In this document: in pieces, positions 38,370 to 49,626 of the stretch
Position numbering within the stretch: the first letter of the stretch is position 1
How the letters are laid out: the number at the start of each line of letters is the position of its first letter
IMG/VR virus record: IMGVR_UViG_3300036715_000153
Location: 32,001 to 96,000 of that record
Length of the DNA: 64,000 bases
DNA from: a virus
Reading direction: 5' to 3' (one strand)
Made by a program: the position numbers and the translations under genes
The notes under the pieces: model-generated
The model's database searches: none
What the model saw: only the letters and a program-made list of their open reading frames with translations
Told to the model about the DNA's origin: nothing

Positions 38370-40097
38370 TCATAGCACTCGGACACGCACTTCGCCACGC
38401 GCTCCTGCACCTGCTGCACCATTCAAACCATATCCACCTCCGGATGGTGCCAAACCATTTTTAGAATTCACATTACCGCCTGCACCACCCAGAACTGAGG
38501 GGCCGCCAACAGTTGCGCCATCACTGCTACCACCGCCACCGCCATAAATTGAGCCAGTTCCATAACCGCCGCCGGATACCCCACCGCCCCCGCCACCTGT
38601 TGTAATTACATAAGTGCTAGGGGTCACCGAACCAGTGCCAGCTGCACCCTGTTCCGTTGTCACTGTATCTTTATAATTTACAGACCAGTTAGTTACGGAT
38701 GCTCCGGGAGTATGACCTACTGCGCTAGTACCACCACCGCCAGCGCCGCCGCCTACGCTACTTGTTCCGCCACCGCCTCCGCCTACACTTAATAAAGAAC
38801 CAACTGAAGACGCGCCTCCATTACCTCCTGGGTTACCTGCTGCACCGCCGGCTCCAACAGTAACAGTTTCGGTTGCGCCCATTTGTGATGCGAGCACTAC
38901 TCTGCTCGCATATGCACCCCCTCCCCCGCCATCAGTAGATACATTACTGCCACCGCCGCCGCCGCCCCAACATTCAATTAGTATTTGCGCATTGGGATCG
39001 ATTAAGGATGGTTTTTTCCACGTACCGCTAGCTGTGAATGTCTGATAATTTCGGTTGTTACTTATCTGCTTAGAGTTCGAATATGCGAATCCCATCCAAT
39101 TTGAGCCATCGCACGTCAGCACAACGGAAGCACCTGGATCGAGCGGCAATGTTGAACCATACCTGCCGGCAGCATATATTAGTTGGGCGCAGGATATTGT
39201 TACAACGCCACCTGTATCAAAATTATATATAGAAATAATCTTTCCACCATTACCCGTAGGCGATGGCAGAGTCACTGTTCCATCACTTGCGCTATTATAG
39301 TAAAGAAGATTTCCGAAATCTGTCGCTGTTAATGTTGCTCCGGCAGAAACACTATACATTGTGCCTCCGTGCCAATTTGATGCTGTCTGTGCAAAAGCTG
39401 TTGTCGCGAGTTGTGTAGTGTTAGTACCGGCTGCTGCAGTGGGTCCACTTGGCGTGCCTGTAAAGGTAGGACTTGTAGCAAATACATTAACACCGGTCCC
39501 TGTTTCATCCGTCAAGGCAGCGGCAAGTTGTGCAGAAGTAAACGAACCAAGAACAGTCGCATTGCCAACTGATGTGACGTGTCCCGTTAAGTTAGCATTG
39601 GTAGTTACTGTAGTAGCTGTAGTAGCTGTAGTAGCTGTAGCTGCGTTACCACCAATACTTAAATTTGCCACTGGAGTTGTTGAAGTAACAGCAAATGGCG
39701 GAGTTCCAGTTGCAATTGCTGATGTAAACGTACTCGCACTAAACGGCTGGGTAGCGTCACCATTCCTACTAGCCTTTGATGTAAACCCATCTACTATGTT
39801 AGTTCCATCGCCTCTTAATAAGGCAGTTGTTCCGTTTAGTAATGTTACTCCAGTACCACTAAGAGTCTTTACCACTATACTAAATCCACCAACCGTATTG
39901 TTTACTACAATATATGCGTTAGGTGTTGATGGAAGAATCAAGTTCCTAGTAGCAGTTAAAGTGCCTCCTACAGAAATAGTAGGATTAATTAACTTATCTG
40001 TAGAAACCGTGAAGTCTGCAGTATTATCATGTACGACTGCAGAAGTGCCCTTCAAGGACTTATCAATCGTAGGTGAATTTCCTATGTATCCTGTCAT
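38370..40097 (-). CDS. Tail fibre protein with C-terminal glycine-rich domain
   Basis: SPTFTGTP.GPTAAAGTNTTQLATTAF, FTASGTWKKP, poly-Gly tracts. Confidence 0.8.
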   Translation of the reverse strand: MTGYIGNSPTIDKSLKGTSAVVHDNTADFTVSTDKLINPTISVGGTLTATRNLILPSTPNAYIVVNNTVGGFSIVVKTLSGTGVTLLNGTTALLRGDGTNIVDGFTSKASRNGDATQPFSASTFTSAIATGTPPFAVTSTTPVANLSIGGNAATATTATTATTVTTNANLTGHVTSVGNATVLGSFTSAQLAAALTDETGTGVNVFATSPTFTGTPSGPTAAAGTNTTQLATTAFAQTASNWHGGTMYSVSAGATLTATDFGNLLYYNSASDGTVTLPSPTGNGGKIISIYNFDTGGVVTISCAQLIYAAGRYGSTLPLDPGASVVLTCDGSNWMGFAYSNSKQISNNRNYQTFTASGTWKKPSLIDPNAQILIECWGGGGGGSNVSTDGGGGGAYASRVVLASQMGATETVTVGAGGAAGNPGGNGGASSVGSLLSVGGGGGGTSSVGGGAGGGGTSAVGHTPGASVTNWSVNYKDTVTTEQGAAGTGSVTPSTYVITTGGGGGGVSGGGYGTGSIYGGGGGSSDGATVGGPSVLGGAGGNVNSKNGLAPSGGGYGLNGAAGAGARGEVRVRVL

Positions 40098-40161
40098 TAT
40101 TTAATTACCATTTATATTAATATTATTTATACTAATTAATCCGAAGTAATCATGGTTGATG

Positions 40162-40587
40162 TTACCATACTACCGCTTGAACTTCTTCGACTGTAGCAGC
40201 CGCATTTACTATATTCGTCAAATCGATTAACTTCGCCGAGTATGATTGATAAGAAGCCTTACCATCAGATAGAACCTGCTTAATCTGAGCCGCAGTATGA
40301 GGTCGTTTGGCCCAAACTCCTGCTGAGTCGCAATTCCAGAAATCGACACTTTCGCCCGATGTAACAGCGCCGATTAAATTAATCTGGTCATTCTGTTTAC
40401 TTGGATATGTGTAAGCTGTACCTAGTGCGCTGGAGGAGAATCCAGAGACAATGGCAGCACCACATGAGGCTGTCAGGATTTCAATCTGTGTAGCTTTAAC
40501 GAAGGTTAATATTTCATCCTCAGTATAAACAATTGGGTTTGCAGGGGGTGGAAGACCATTGTGAGGCCATTGTGTGATGTCTGTCAT
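40162..40587 (-). CDS. DUF4376-like tail fibre assembly protein
   Basis: GFSSSALG.AY.YPS..DQINL, HTAAQI..V, VQAVVW. Confidence 0.7.
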   Translation of the reverse strand: MTDITQWPHNGLPPPANPIVYTEDEILTFVKATQIEILTASCGAAIVSGFSSSALGTAYTYPSKQNDQINLIGAVTSGESVDFWNCDSAGVWAKRPHTAAQIKQVLSDGKASYQSYSAKLIDLTNIVNAAATVEEVQAVVW

Positions 40588-40596
40588 ATTTTTCCT

Positions 40597-42078
40597 TTAA
40601 ACCGTTGTCATTACACGATTACCTGTGCCTGTATTTGCAATAGCAGCAAATACAGTTCCGTTCCATGCTATACCGAGCCAATTATTATCAGCCGCACTAG
40701 CTCTGATCGTCCAGGTAATACCATCTGGTGATGTCATTACTCTGTTACCTGTACCGGCATCTGCAACTGCTGCAAATACCGTACCGTTCCACGCTATACC
40801 TGTCCAATCAATATCGGCTGCACTAGTCCTTATCGTCCAGGTAATACCATCTGGGCTAGTCATTACACGATTACCTGTTCCGGTATATGCAACAGCCGCA
40901 AATACAGTTCCGTTCCATGCTATACTGTACCAATTATTATCAGCTGGAGAAGTTCTGATCGTCCACGTTATTCCATCTGGGCTAGTCATTACTCTGTTGC
41001 CTGTACCAGTCTCAGCAACAGCAGCAAATACTGTGCCGTTCCACGCGATAGCGCGCCAAGAATTATCAGCTGCACTAGCTCTGAGTGTCCAGGTAATACC
41101 ATCAGGACTAGTCATTACTCTATTGCCAGTGCCTGTATATGCAACAGCAGCAAATACGGTGCCGTTCCACGCTATACCACTCCAACTATTATCGGCTGCA
41201 CTAGTCCTTATCGTCCAGGTAATACCATCTGGGCTAGTCATTACACGATTACCTGTTCCGGTATATGCAACAGCCGCAAATACCGTTCCATTCCACGCAA
41301 TAGCGCGCCAATTATTATCAGCTGCACTAGCTCTGAGCGTCCAGGTAATGCCGTCCGGCGATGTCATTACACGATTACCTGTTCCGGTATCTGCGACAGC
41401 TGCAAATACTGTACCGTTCCACGCGATAGCGAGCCAATTATTATCAGCTGCGCTAGTTCTCGAATTCCACCTAGACCCAGTTATCCGAGAATCTGTATAT
41501 TTCGATGTTTCGACTACCTGTCCACCATAACCTTGTATGCTGGTTGGTGGCGATGCCCATGCTCCAGCTGTTACTTGAGATGTTAGAATAAAACCAATTA
41601 GTCTATAAGGTAAATTTGTCCTGGCAGTGGTCGAATAAGCAACCGTCGAATAGTCAGATGATGTACTAATTGCTGTGGTTGATATTAACCCAGTTTCGGA
41701 TAAATCTATAGCCAACTGACCAGCAGAGTTTACAACGAATAGCTCTGCTGTACCGCCGTTGTTCATGACGCCTACGATAAGACGAGCACCCACATTACTG
41801 AATGTTCCTAGTGTAGCTGTCGACGGAACTACCAGATTATCGGGAGTAGCATTAAACGAGCTAACACTACCACTGCCAAGCGTAGCAGAACGGAAGGTCA
41901 TGTATTTTGCTGATGCGCCGATTGTTAAAGCATTAGATGCAACTGTTGCAGTTATAGTAGGAAGTTCGTCATTAGTAACTAGAACAGGATCGCCTGCACT
42001 ATTTACCACGATACTATTACCTACATTGCTAGACTTGAAAAGTCGGGCTAACTTTGATATTGAAAAAGCGTTAGACAT
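40597..42078 (-). CDS. Tail fibre / receptor-binding protein with 7-bladed Asp-box beta-propeller
   Basis: Seven 42-aa repeats, the first six ending MTSPDGITW and the last truncated. Confidence 0.8.
   Translation of the reverse strand: MSNAFSISKLARLFKSSNVGNSIVVNSAGDPVLVTNDELPTITATVASNALTIGASAKYMTFRSATLGSGSVSSFNATPDNLVVPSTATLGTFSNVGARLIVGVMNNGGTAELFVVNSAGQLAIDLSETGLISTTAISTSSDYSTVAYSTTARTNLPYRLIGFILTSQVTAGAWASPPTSIQGYGGQVVETSKYTDSRITGSRWNSRTSAADNNWLAIAWNGTVFAAVADTGTGNRVMTSPDGITWTLRASAADNNWRAIAWNGTVFAAVAYTGTGNRVMTSPDGITWTIRTSAADNSWSGIAWNGTVFAAVAYTGTGNRVMTSPDGITWTLRASAADNSWRAIAWNGTVFAAVAETGTGNRVMTSPDGITWTIRTSPADNNWYSIAWNGTVFAAVAYTGTGNRVMTSPDGITWTIRTSAADIDWTGIAWNGTVFAAVADAGTGNRVMTSPDGITWTIRASAADNNWLGIAWNGTVFAAIANTGTGNRVMTTV
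40600..41470 (-). repeat. Seven tandem 126-bp coding repeats
   Basis: gtcattac anchor at 40607, 40733, 40859, 40985, 41111, 41237 and 41363. Confidence 0.95.
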
Positions 42079-42159
42079 TTATTATTTCCTTTACTGTGGA
42101 ACCTCTCAGTTCCTATTGAAGTCTGGTTAAAATCGTTAACCAATCAACATTTTATTTAT

Positions 42160-42205
42160 AACAGGTGCATAAAACGTAACAGTCTTTAGCTGTTACGCAG
42201 CCGAC
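42160..42205 (+). mobile_element. Solo IS605 end-hairpin element (best preserved copy)
   Basis: ggtgcataaaacgtaacagtctttagctgttacg is identical to the IS left end; it ends cagccgac like the right end; follows TTTAT. Confidence 0.85.
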
Positions 42206-42206
42206 T

Positions 42207-43592
42207 TTATATATCCGACGACAATATAATTTTATTTGTGGCAGTATTATTGTTTCTTAGTCCGCAAACCTGTCCTGTGACTAAACCAGAAGCAACATTA
42301 ATAATTAGATTTAACTTGTTGGTGTCTGCAGTTGCCGAGCCGTTTATAGCAATAGAAGTAGTTGTTACTCTACTAACCCCCACCTCTAACTCGAATAGGT
42401 TAGCAGTAAGTGTATTTTCTATCACAGGGATAGATATCATCCCACGAACATCAACCTCGACCAGTGCGCTTGATGCAGATATACACTGACCATTTCCAAT
42501 TTGTCCATATAACGAAGTATTACCTATGTTTCGTACACGCTCCTGACACCTAGCCAACATCTCAGCTCTGCTAACTGAGGCTGATGTGGGTTGAGTGCCT
42601 TTATTAATTCTCATGTTTGAAATAGCCCAGACGTTTCCTACTGTAGCTAGGTCGTTAACTTGGTTGGCAGTGCATCTATAACCTCCTGCTATCCACTGAT
42701 CGACTGATGCGGTTTGATAAGTAGAACCGCCAGAATGAGATATCATTAATCTTACTCCAATCCCTGTAGTATAATTCCACGTTCCAGCAGTGGGTAATCC
42801 ACCTACTACAGTAAATTGATATTCATTCCACGTGTTTGCTACGGCGACATTAATCTCATGTACATAGGATAGATCGGCACCACTATTTGTGAGCGCTACG
42901 CCATGAATACCAGCAAGCGGAAATTTTGCCCAGAATGCTACCGTGAAGGTATTACCAACTAGATCGTAATTAACAATATCGTAGCCTGTAATTTTATGGT
43001 TATCCACCATCGTATCGCTTGCCACAGTTGTAGTATCTGCCGTTGTGACTGTAACTTGCCGCGATTTTCTACCCGTCGTATGACCAGTTCCTTGACTTAC
43101 ATCTAATACTGCTGATGTCGAATTTCCATTTGACCAACCATCAAGATCGCCTGCTGTATTTGCCGCTGATACAAAGCTAGTCCCGCGCTGAGCAATATCA
43201 AAATTTGGATTCAAGGCAGCGTTGGGCGTGGAGATTGTTGCCCCATTAATTGTTGAGGCGGAGAACTGCTGAGCAGAATCGCCGGCTAGATTAGCTTTAC
43301 CTGCAAGCAACACATCTGCATCAGATTTGCTATAACTGTTTACAGGTGCATCGGCGTATCTAGCAAGTGCAAATACCTCGTCACCTACCGATAGCGGAAC
43401 AGTCATTGTAAAGGAAGTACCACTAGTAGCAGTATAATCCACAGCACTCGATTGAATTGCTCCGTTTACGAATACATCTAAAAAACCAGGAGTATATCCA
43501 ATATTGAATACTGTCTGTCCAGCAGTAGCAACAACGGTTTGTCTATTCTCGTTGTTGGATGACGAAACGGGCTCTTTACCGATATATGACAT
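42207..43592 (-). CDS. Tail fibre protein
   Basis: ATAGQTVF..Y.PGFLDVFVNG..DYTATSG; NPNFDIAQRG...ELARCQ-type domain. Confidence 0.75.
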   Translation of the reverse strand: MSYIGKEPVSSSNNENRQTVVATAGQTVFNIGYTPGFLDVFVNGAIQSSAVDYTATSGTSFTMTVPLSVGDEVFALARYADAPVNSYSKSDADVLLAGKANLAGDSAQQFSASTINGATISTPNAALNPNFDIAQRGTSFVSAANTAGDLDGWSNGNSTSAVLDVSQGTGHTTGRKSRQVTVTTADTTTVASDTMVDNHKITGYDIVNYDLVGNTFTVAFWAKFPLAGIHGVALTNSGADLSYVHEINVAVANTWNEYQFTVVGGLPTAGTWNYTTGIGVRLMISHSGGSTYQTASVDQWIAGGYRCTANQVNDLATVGNVWAISNMRINKGTQPTSASVSRAEMLARCQERVRNIGNTSLYGQIGNGQCISASSALVEVDVRGMISIPVIENTLTANLFELEVGVSRVTTTSIAINGSATADTNKLNLIINVASGLVTGQVCGLRNNNTATNKIILSSDI

Positions 43593-43593
43593 G

Positions 43594-44136
43594 TTAAGTC
43601 CTCACTGCTATTGACATGTCGATATTCAATGTATTAGCAGAGCTTACACTAATAAACAGTTTTTCTCCTGCCAGCAGAGTGAGTTTCGGCATGGGTAGCG
43701 CACCACCGTAGGGGATAATGATATTGTTAAATATATTACTATAGGTCACTCCATCAACAAGGAGTCGATCGACTGTTACCAGACGATCGAGCTTTGATAC
43801 GTCATCAATGTTAGATACTGTACCAGTGAATATGGTGGCTGTAAGTCCAGCAGTTGAAGCTGTGGTATAAACTAAAACCCTACCTAAGGTGACTGTGGTC
43901 GAAGCGATCGTTGATTGTGTTACAGATAGGTTATACGTACCAGTTCCACCTGTGCCTGTACCTAGAGATGAGATAGTTGTACCTGCTACAATTCCAGCCA
44001 CGTGGACTAGCTGACCGACTGCTACAGCTCCAAGTGTAACGGAGGTTACCGTCAATACTGTGCCTGATATTGAACCTACTACTACAGCCGATCCAATATT
44101 GGGTTTAAGATTTATTGCATTGAGTGCTATTGTCAT
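43594..44136 (-). CDS. Virion protein with inserted beta module
   Basis: GSISGTVLTVTSV..G..AVGQ...GTTI...GTGTGGTGTY. Confidence 0.6.
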   Translation of the reverse strand: MTIALNAINLKPNIGSAVVVGSISGTVLTVTSVTLGAVAVGQLVHVAGIVAGTTISSLGTGTGGTGTYNLSVTQSTIASTTVTLGRVLVYTTASTAGLTATIFTGTVSNIDDVSKLDRLVTVDRLLVDGVTYSNIFNNIIIPYGGALPMPKLTLLAGEKLFISVSSANTLNIDMSIAVRT

Positions 44137-44142
44137 ATTTTA

Positions 44143-44337
44143 TTATCCACCGAAAAGTAGCGCGTTCAAGAAAGAATCATCAGCTGCTGTTGCTTTCACT
44201 TCATTGACTGCAGCAACGATAGATGATGTGTCCGCTGTTGTTAATAGAGTTATATCACCTACTGCACTATCAGTTGCATTAGTGTTAGCCCGCCACTCAT
44301 CGAACGTATTATCTAAGGTAGTTTGGTGTATAGTCAT
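44143..44337 (-). CDS. Small structural protein (fibre-anchor-like)
   Basis: NTFDEWRANTN and GDI..L.T...SIVAAVNE motifs. Confidence 0.55.
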   Translation of the reverse strand: MTIHQTTLDNTFDEWRANTNATDSAVGDITLLTTADTSSIVAAVNEVKATAADDSFLNALLFGG

Positions 44338-44367
44338 ATAGTGTAACCTTGTTATTTATCTGTTAAT

Positions 44368-45813
44368 TTAGTTGACGTTATGCCAAACTATTCCACCACG
44401 AACTTCTGTTTCTGGTTCGTCTCTCGCCATCGCAATAGATAGTATCTGTGGTAACATATCGTGTGCTAGTCTATCTTTATATGCAGCTAATACTGCCGCT
44501 CTCGCATCGCTGTTGTTGAGCGATTTAAAATATTCTTGAGTTGTAGCCCAAGCAAATAACACGATCGTCATAACCATATCGTCGTGTGCATTATCGTCTG
44601 CCTCGTACGAAGATCCTTTACTAATAAACGTAGAGAACTCTGAAATCGTCGCTTCGTCGTTTATAATAAGCAAGTCTGACTCGATAATCTGTTTTGCATT
44701 CGAACAACCGATGCGCTTCGTACGCTTGTCTGTCCTCAATCCGTTCTGCTGTTGCATTGATGCACCAGACATTAACTGTTGTCCGTGTTTAGTAGATTGC
44801 CCTACCCACGCAACGTTCTCGTAACCAAACTCATATACTAGCGTATCTGCGACTTGTTTACCCGTAGACTGAATCTCAATCAATACAAATGCTGTGTTAT
44901 ATTTAGTTGCAGTTTGATATATGAAGTCCGGGAATACCATAGGATTCATTCTATTATTCTTATACGTTGCGACCTGATTATACGGTTTAGCCGTAATGTC
45001 TATTACGCTGAATGCAGACGAATCCCCACCCACACCTTCAGAGCAGTCGACTGTCATCATGTATTGGTGACCTTCAATCGGGGATTGGTATATTTTTAAA
45101 TTGTTATGAATTAGTTCTGGATTAGCGTGTACTAGCTTGCGTAGTGTTTGTGAGTTTAATAGCGTACCAGATGAACCGATAAACTCTGCACCAAACTCTT
45201 GGTCGAACGTTTCTTGACCAATGTTAGAAATCGTATCTGCTTTCCATTTCTCATCTCTACCCGGTACGTCCCACCAGTTGATAGAGTTGGCTACGAACAG
45301 CGAACGTTTTGACTCCGCGTCTACCCACAGCTTATAGAAATGATTCAGACCTTTGGGTGTAGACACCAAGATAACCTTAGTTTCTTGACCAGATGAAATA
45401 GTGGGATATACTGAGTCCCAGAACTCTGCCCACTGAGTGCCCATGATAAAAGCTACCTCGTCTACAAACAGCAGACTGATGGACGTATTGTGTGAAACTA
45501 TTCCGTTGGCATAATATTTATTATCTTTAACCACGAATGCAGGATCGTACATCTTCTTACTACAGTTTATAATAGTTTTACTCGATACTTTACTTATACC
45601 CGATTCTGTCACTAACGCTGCACCATTGCGAATAGATGATGCCTTTTTCCATCCTCGATCAGTCATTAACGGGTGGTTGGGAGTTACTTCTATAGAATTA
45701 CCATTGATTGTCTCGAATTTAATAGTTTCGTCTGTGTCATATACAGCGACACCCGAAAAATCGGACCACCCGTCTGGTGTAAGTATTTCCCAATCGGTGT
45801 TATTTAGAAACAC
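44368..45813 (-). CDS. gp17: Large terminase C-terminal half fused to split-intein IntC
   Basis: The first 109 aa are IntC (TPNHP block B, ending YYANGIVSHN). Then TSISLLFVDE Walker B, STPKGLNHFY, nuclease VDCSEG and HDDMVM. GTG start. Confidence 0.93.
   Translation of the reverse strand: MFLNNTDWEILTPDGWSDFSGVAVYDTDETIKFETINGNSIEVTPNHPLMTDRGWKKASSIRNGAALVTESGISKVSSKTIINCSKKMYDPAFVVKDNKYYANGIVSHNTSISLLFVDEVAFIMGTQWAEFWDSVYPTISSGQETKVILVSTPKGLNHFYKLWVDAESKRSLFVANSINWWDVPGRDEKWKADTISNIGQETFDQEFGAEFIGSSGTLLNSQTLRKLVHANPELIHNNLKIYQSPIEGHQYMMTVDCSEGVGGDSSAFSVIDITAKPYNQVATYKNNRMNPMVFPDFIYQTATKYNTAFVLIEIQSTGKQVADTLVYEFGYENVAWVGQSTKHGQQLMSGASMQQQNGLRTDKRTKRIGCSNAKQIIESDLLIINDEATISEFSTFISKGSSYEADDNAHDDMVMTIVLFAWATTQEYFKSLNNSDARAAVLAAYKDRLAHDMLPQILSIAMARDEPETEVRGGIVWHNVN
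45487..45813 (-). other. Split intein C-fragment (IntC, 109 aa; +1 residue Thr)
   Basis: Terminal His-Asn followed by Thr; resembles the AceL-TerL type IntC. Confidence 0.9.
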
Positions 45814-45988
45814 GAATCCGCCCGAGCTGGTAAGAAGTTAACTAACAAGTCGTGACGGTCATGCATCACTTCCCCGTGATTTACATCGATCGACAGCTTA
45901 GTTATGTAAAATGATTGAGTCATCATTGAAATCTCCTTTATCTTTGGTGCATAAAACGTAACAGTCTTTAGCTGTTACGATGTAGCAC

Positions 45989-46135
45989 CTATCCCTGATT
46001 TAAAATATACTGTTTTACTGTCTCCGTTGATGCTTGTCCAGTCGATGCTACAAAATATCCATTAGACCAAAAAGTTCTTTCTTTCCAAAAATATTTAGAA
46101 AGATCAAAATGTTTCCAAATTTCAATAGTTGTTTT
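45989..46135 (-). pseudogene. tnpA: C-terminal remnant of IS200 Y1 transposase
   Basis: Translates ...FWKERTFWSNGYFVASTGQASTETVKQYILNQG*; HUH-containing N-terminus absent; nearest ATG (46139) is out of frame. Confidence 0.88.
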
Positions 46136-47329
46136 CCATAATATATTATTTAGTGAAATATATTTTCAATTTATAGTGAAATATTAAAAATGATAACTAA
46201 ATAGTAGTATGGAATTCAAAGCATACAAATTCAGAATATACCCAACAAAGGAACAAGAGAAAACTCTTGCTAAGTTCTTTGGTGCCAAACGATGGATTTT
46301 TAATCATTATCTTCACGAAAATAAACAACGCTTTCAGAATAAAGAAAAGCACCTTTCTAATTTCGATATTAACTATGATATTACAACTCTTAAAACATTA
46401 GAAGAAACTTCTTGGTTAAAAGAAATTGATTCTATATTACTACAGAACGCCAGTGAAGATTTACACACTGCATATTCGAATTTCTTTAATTCTATAACTG
46501 GTAAACGTAAAGGTCCTTCTATTTCGATCCCTAAGTATAAGTCGAAATATGATAAACAATCATATCGTACTCGCGGTGTAAAGGTGAACTTCGACGATAA
46601 TATAATAACTTTACCAAAAATTAAGAAAGTCAAGGCAGCTATTCATCGTAAATTCACTGGTAATATTAAATCATCGACAGTTTCAAAAACTGCATCTGGT
46701 CAGTATTATATTTCAATACTCGTTGAGGAAGATATTAAACTACTTCCTGCATCTGGTATCGAAATTGGTATTGATCTTGGTATCAAAGACTTGTGTATTT
46801 TGTCTAATGGTATCAAGTTTCAATCTCCTAGAATATTACTAGCAAAAGCCACGCTAGAATTAAAGAAGCAACAACGTAAACTAAGTAGAAAGCAAAAGAA
46901 TTCTAAAAATAGAGCCAAGCAGAAAATTAAGGTAGCTAAAGCATATCAACGAATAACAAATATTCGTAATGCTTACTATCACGAAATTTCTAATTATCTC
47001 GTTACGAATTTCGATGCAATATACATGGAAAGTCTCAATGTAAAAGGAATGCTAAAGAATCGTAAATTAAGTAGATCAATTCAAGAGTCTAGTTGGTCGA
47101 CATTAGTTAATATGATTCAATATAAAGCAGGATTTTACGGTAAAACTTTTCATCAAATTGGTAGATTTGTTCCTTCGACAAAAACATGTTCGTGCTGTAA
47201 TCATAAATTAGATTCGATTTCTCTTTCTACTAGAGAATGGTCTTGTCCGGTGTGCAATACACTTCACGACAGAGACCTGAATGCAGCATCGAATATTAAA
47301 AATTTCGGTCAATTAGATGTATATGATCG

Positions 47330-48560
<1,231 letters not shown>

Positions 48561-48564
<4 letters not shown>

Positions 48565-49466
48565 GGTGTCACCACTATAGTAGAATCGAGTTGTTCGCTA
48601 TCCATGTCAAATAAAGTCATCGTCGCAGTCTGAATAGTCTTATTACCCAACGTGTTCAACGAAACAGTTGCAGCCGGATTCGTTGCGGTAGAATTAGTAG
48701 ACACTGTAAATGATGTACTATTTATGATGCCAGTTACGTATGTGCTAACAACAAATCCAGTCCCAGTTAATAGCTGCCCGATTTTAATTCCAGCAGTAGA
48801 TGCGATAGTAACTACATTAGATCCAGTCGTTATACCTATCGTAATCGTTTGGATGTTATTGGAGCCCATAACAGGACCGAACATATATGTCTTGATAGTA
48901 AAGCTCAACGTCCACTGGATATCTCTTGCCTCCCCGTAATCTGAGTCTGGGGTATTGTCTTGATAGTCAACTCCATTGAGAACGACTGGAGTATCCTTTA
49001 CGATGTTAAGCGTAGGGAAGTCTTTAGTCTTGATTACAAATTCTGGATTGAAGAACGGTAGTATCTGTTCTACGATCTGTAACCCGTCCTCGATATTAGC
49101 AACAGCAATATATAACTCCATCTGGATATTATATGGCACAGGCTGCATCTGTGTAGCCATCGTGGTAGGCGATGTACTATATTTGGTTAATTGTGTTTGT
49201 TGGATTTTTCTATCTATGTCATATTCAAACGACAACATGTTGAATGCCATTCTGGGAACGACTCGCTTCATGTTATAGTTTAATCCGGGGTCTTCCGCTT
49301 TTCTGGAATACGCCTTATCGGCAGACGAGAATGACAGTGGTACGTTGACCACCTGTGAGGGCGCAGTGCCGGCAGTACGTACTATTTGAATGTCATTAAA
49401 CAAGCTCCCGAATGCAGAGATTATAGACTTAGTATGTGCTGTATAAAATGGTGGGTTGTTTAGCAT
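48561..49466 (-). CDS. gp15: Tail sheath stabiliser / tail terminator
   Basis: FGSLFNDI, PRMAF, PVPYN, QIVEQILPFFNP. Confidence 0.93.
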
Positions 49467-49550
49467 GTATGTGTTTGATTATTATTTGTTTTTATTTATT
49501 TAGCAGTTTAATGCATGATTAACAGACATTTAACGTATCTATATCACATT

Positions 49551-49626
49551 ATTGGTAAAATCGTGAAATCTGTCGAAAATTTACGTTTAAAATCAGTAAC
49601 ATACAACCACGATTTTCACATATTTT
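49551..49626 (-). repeat. ~75-bp intergenic element with IHF-like box, copy 2
   Basis: Reverse complement aligns to 12489-12563. Confidence 0.7.

Noticed and set aside
38240-38422. 60-aa minus-strand ORF
   Set aside because: It overlaps both neighbours and has no recognisable motif; at most a 32-codon ORF from 38338, which is unsupported.
40600-41470. CRISPR array or DGR template/variable repeats
   Set aside because: The units are in-frame 126-bp coding repeats without unique spacers, and no cas or reverse transcriptase gene is present in the window.
39361-41530. Long plus-strand ORFs (247 aa, 301 aa) and the many similar antisense ORFs in the track
   Set aside because: They are shadow frames of T/A/G-rich or repetitive minus-strand structural genes, with no SD or recognisable motifs.
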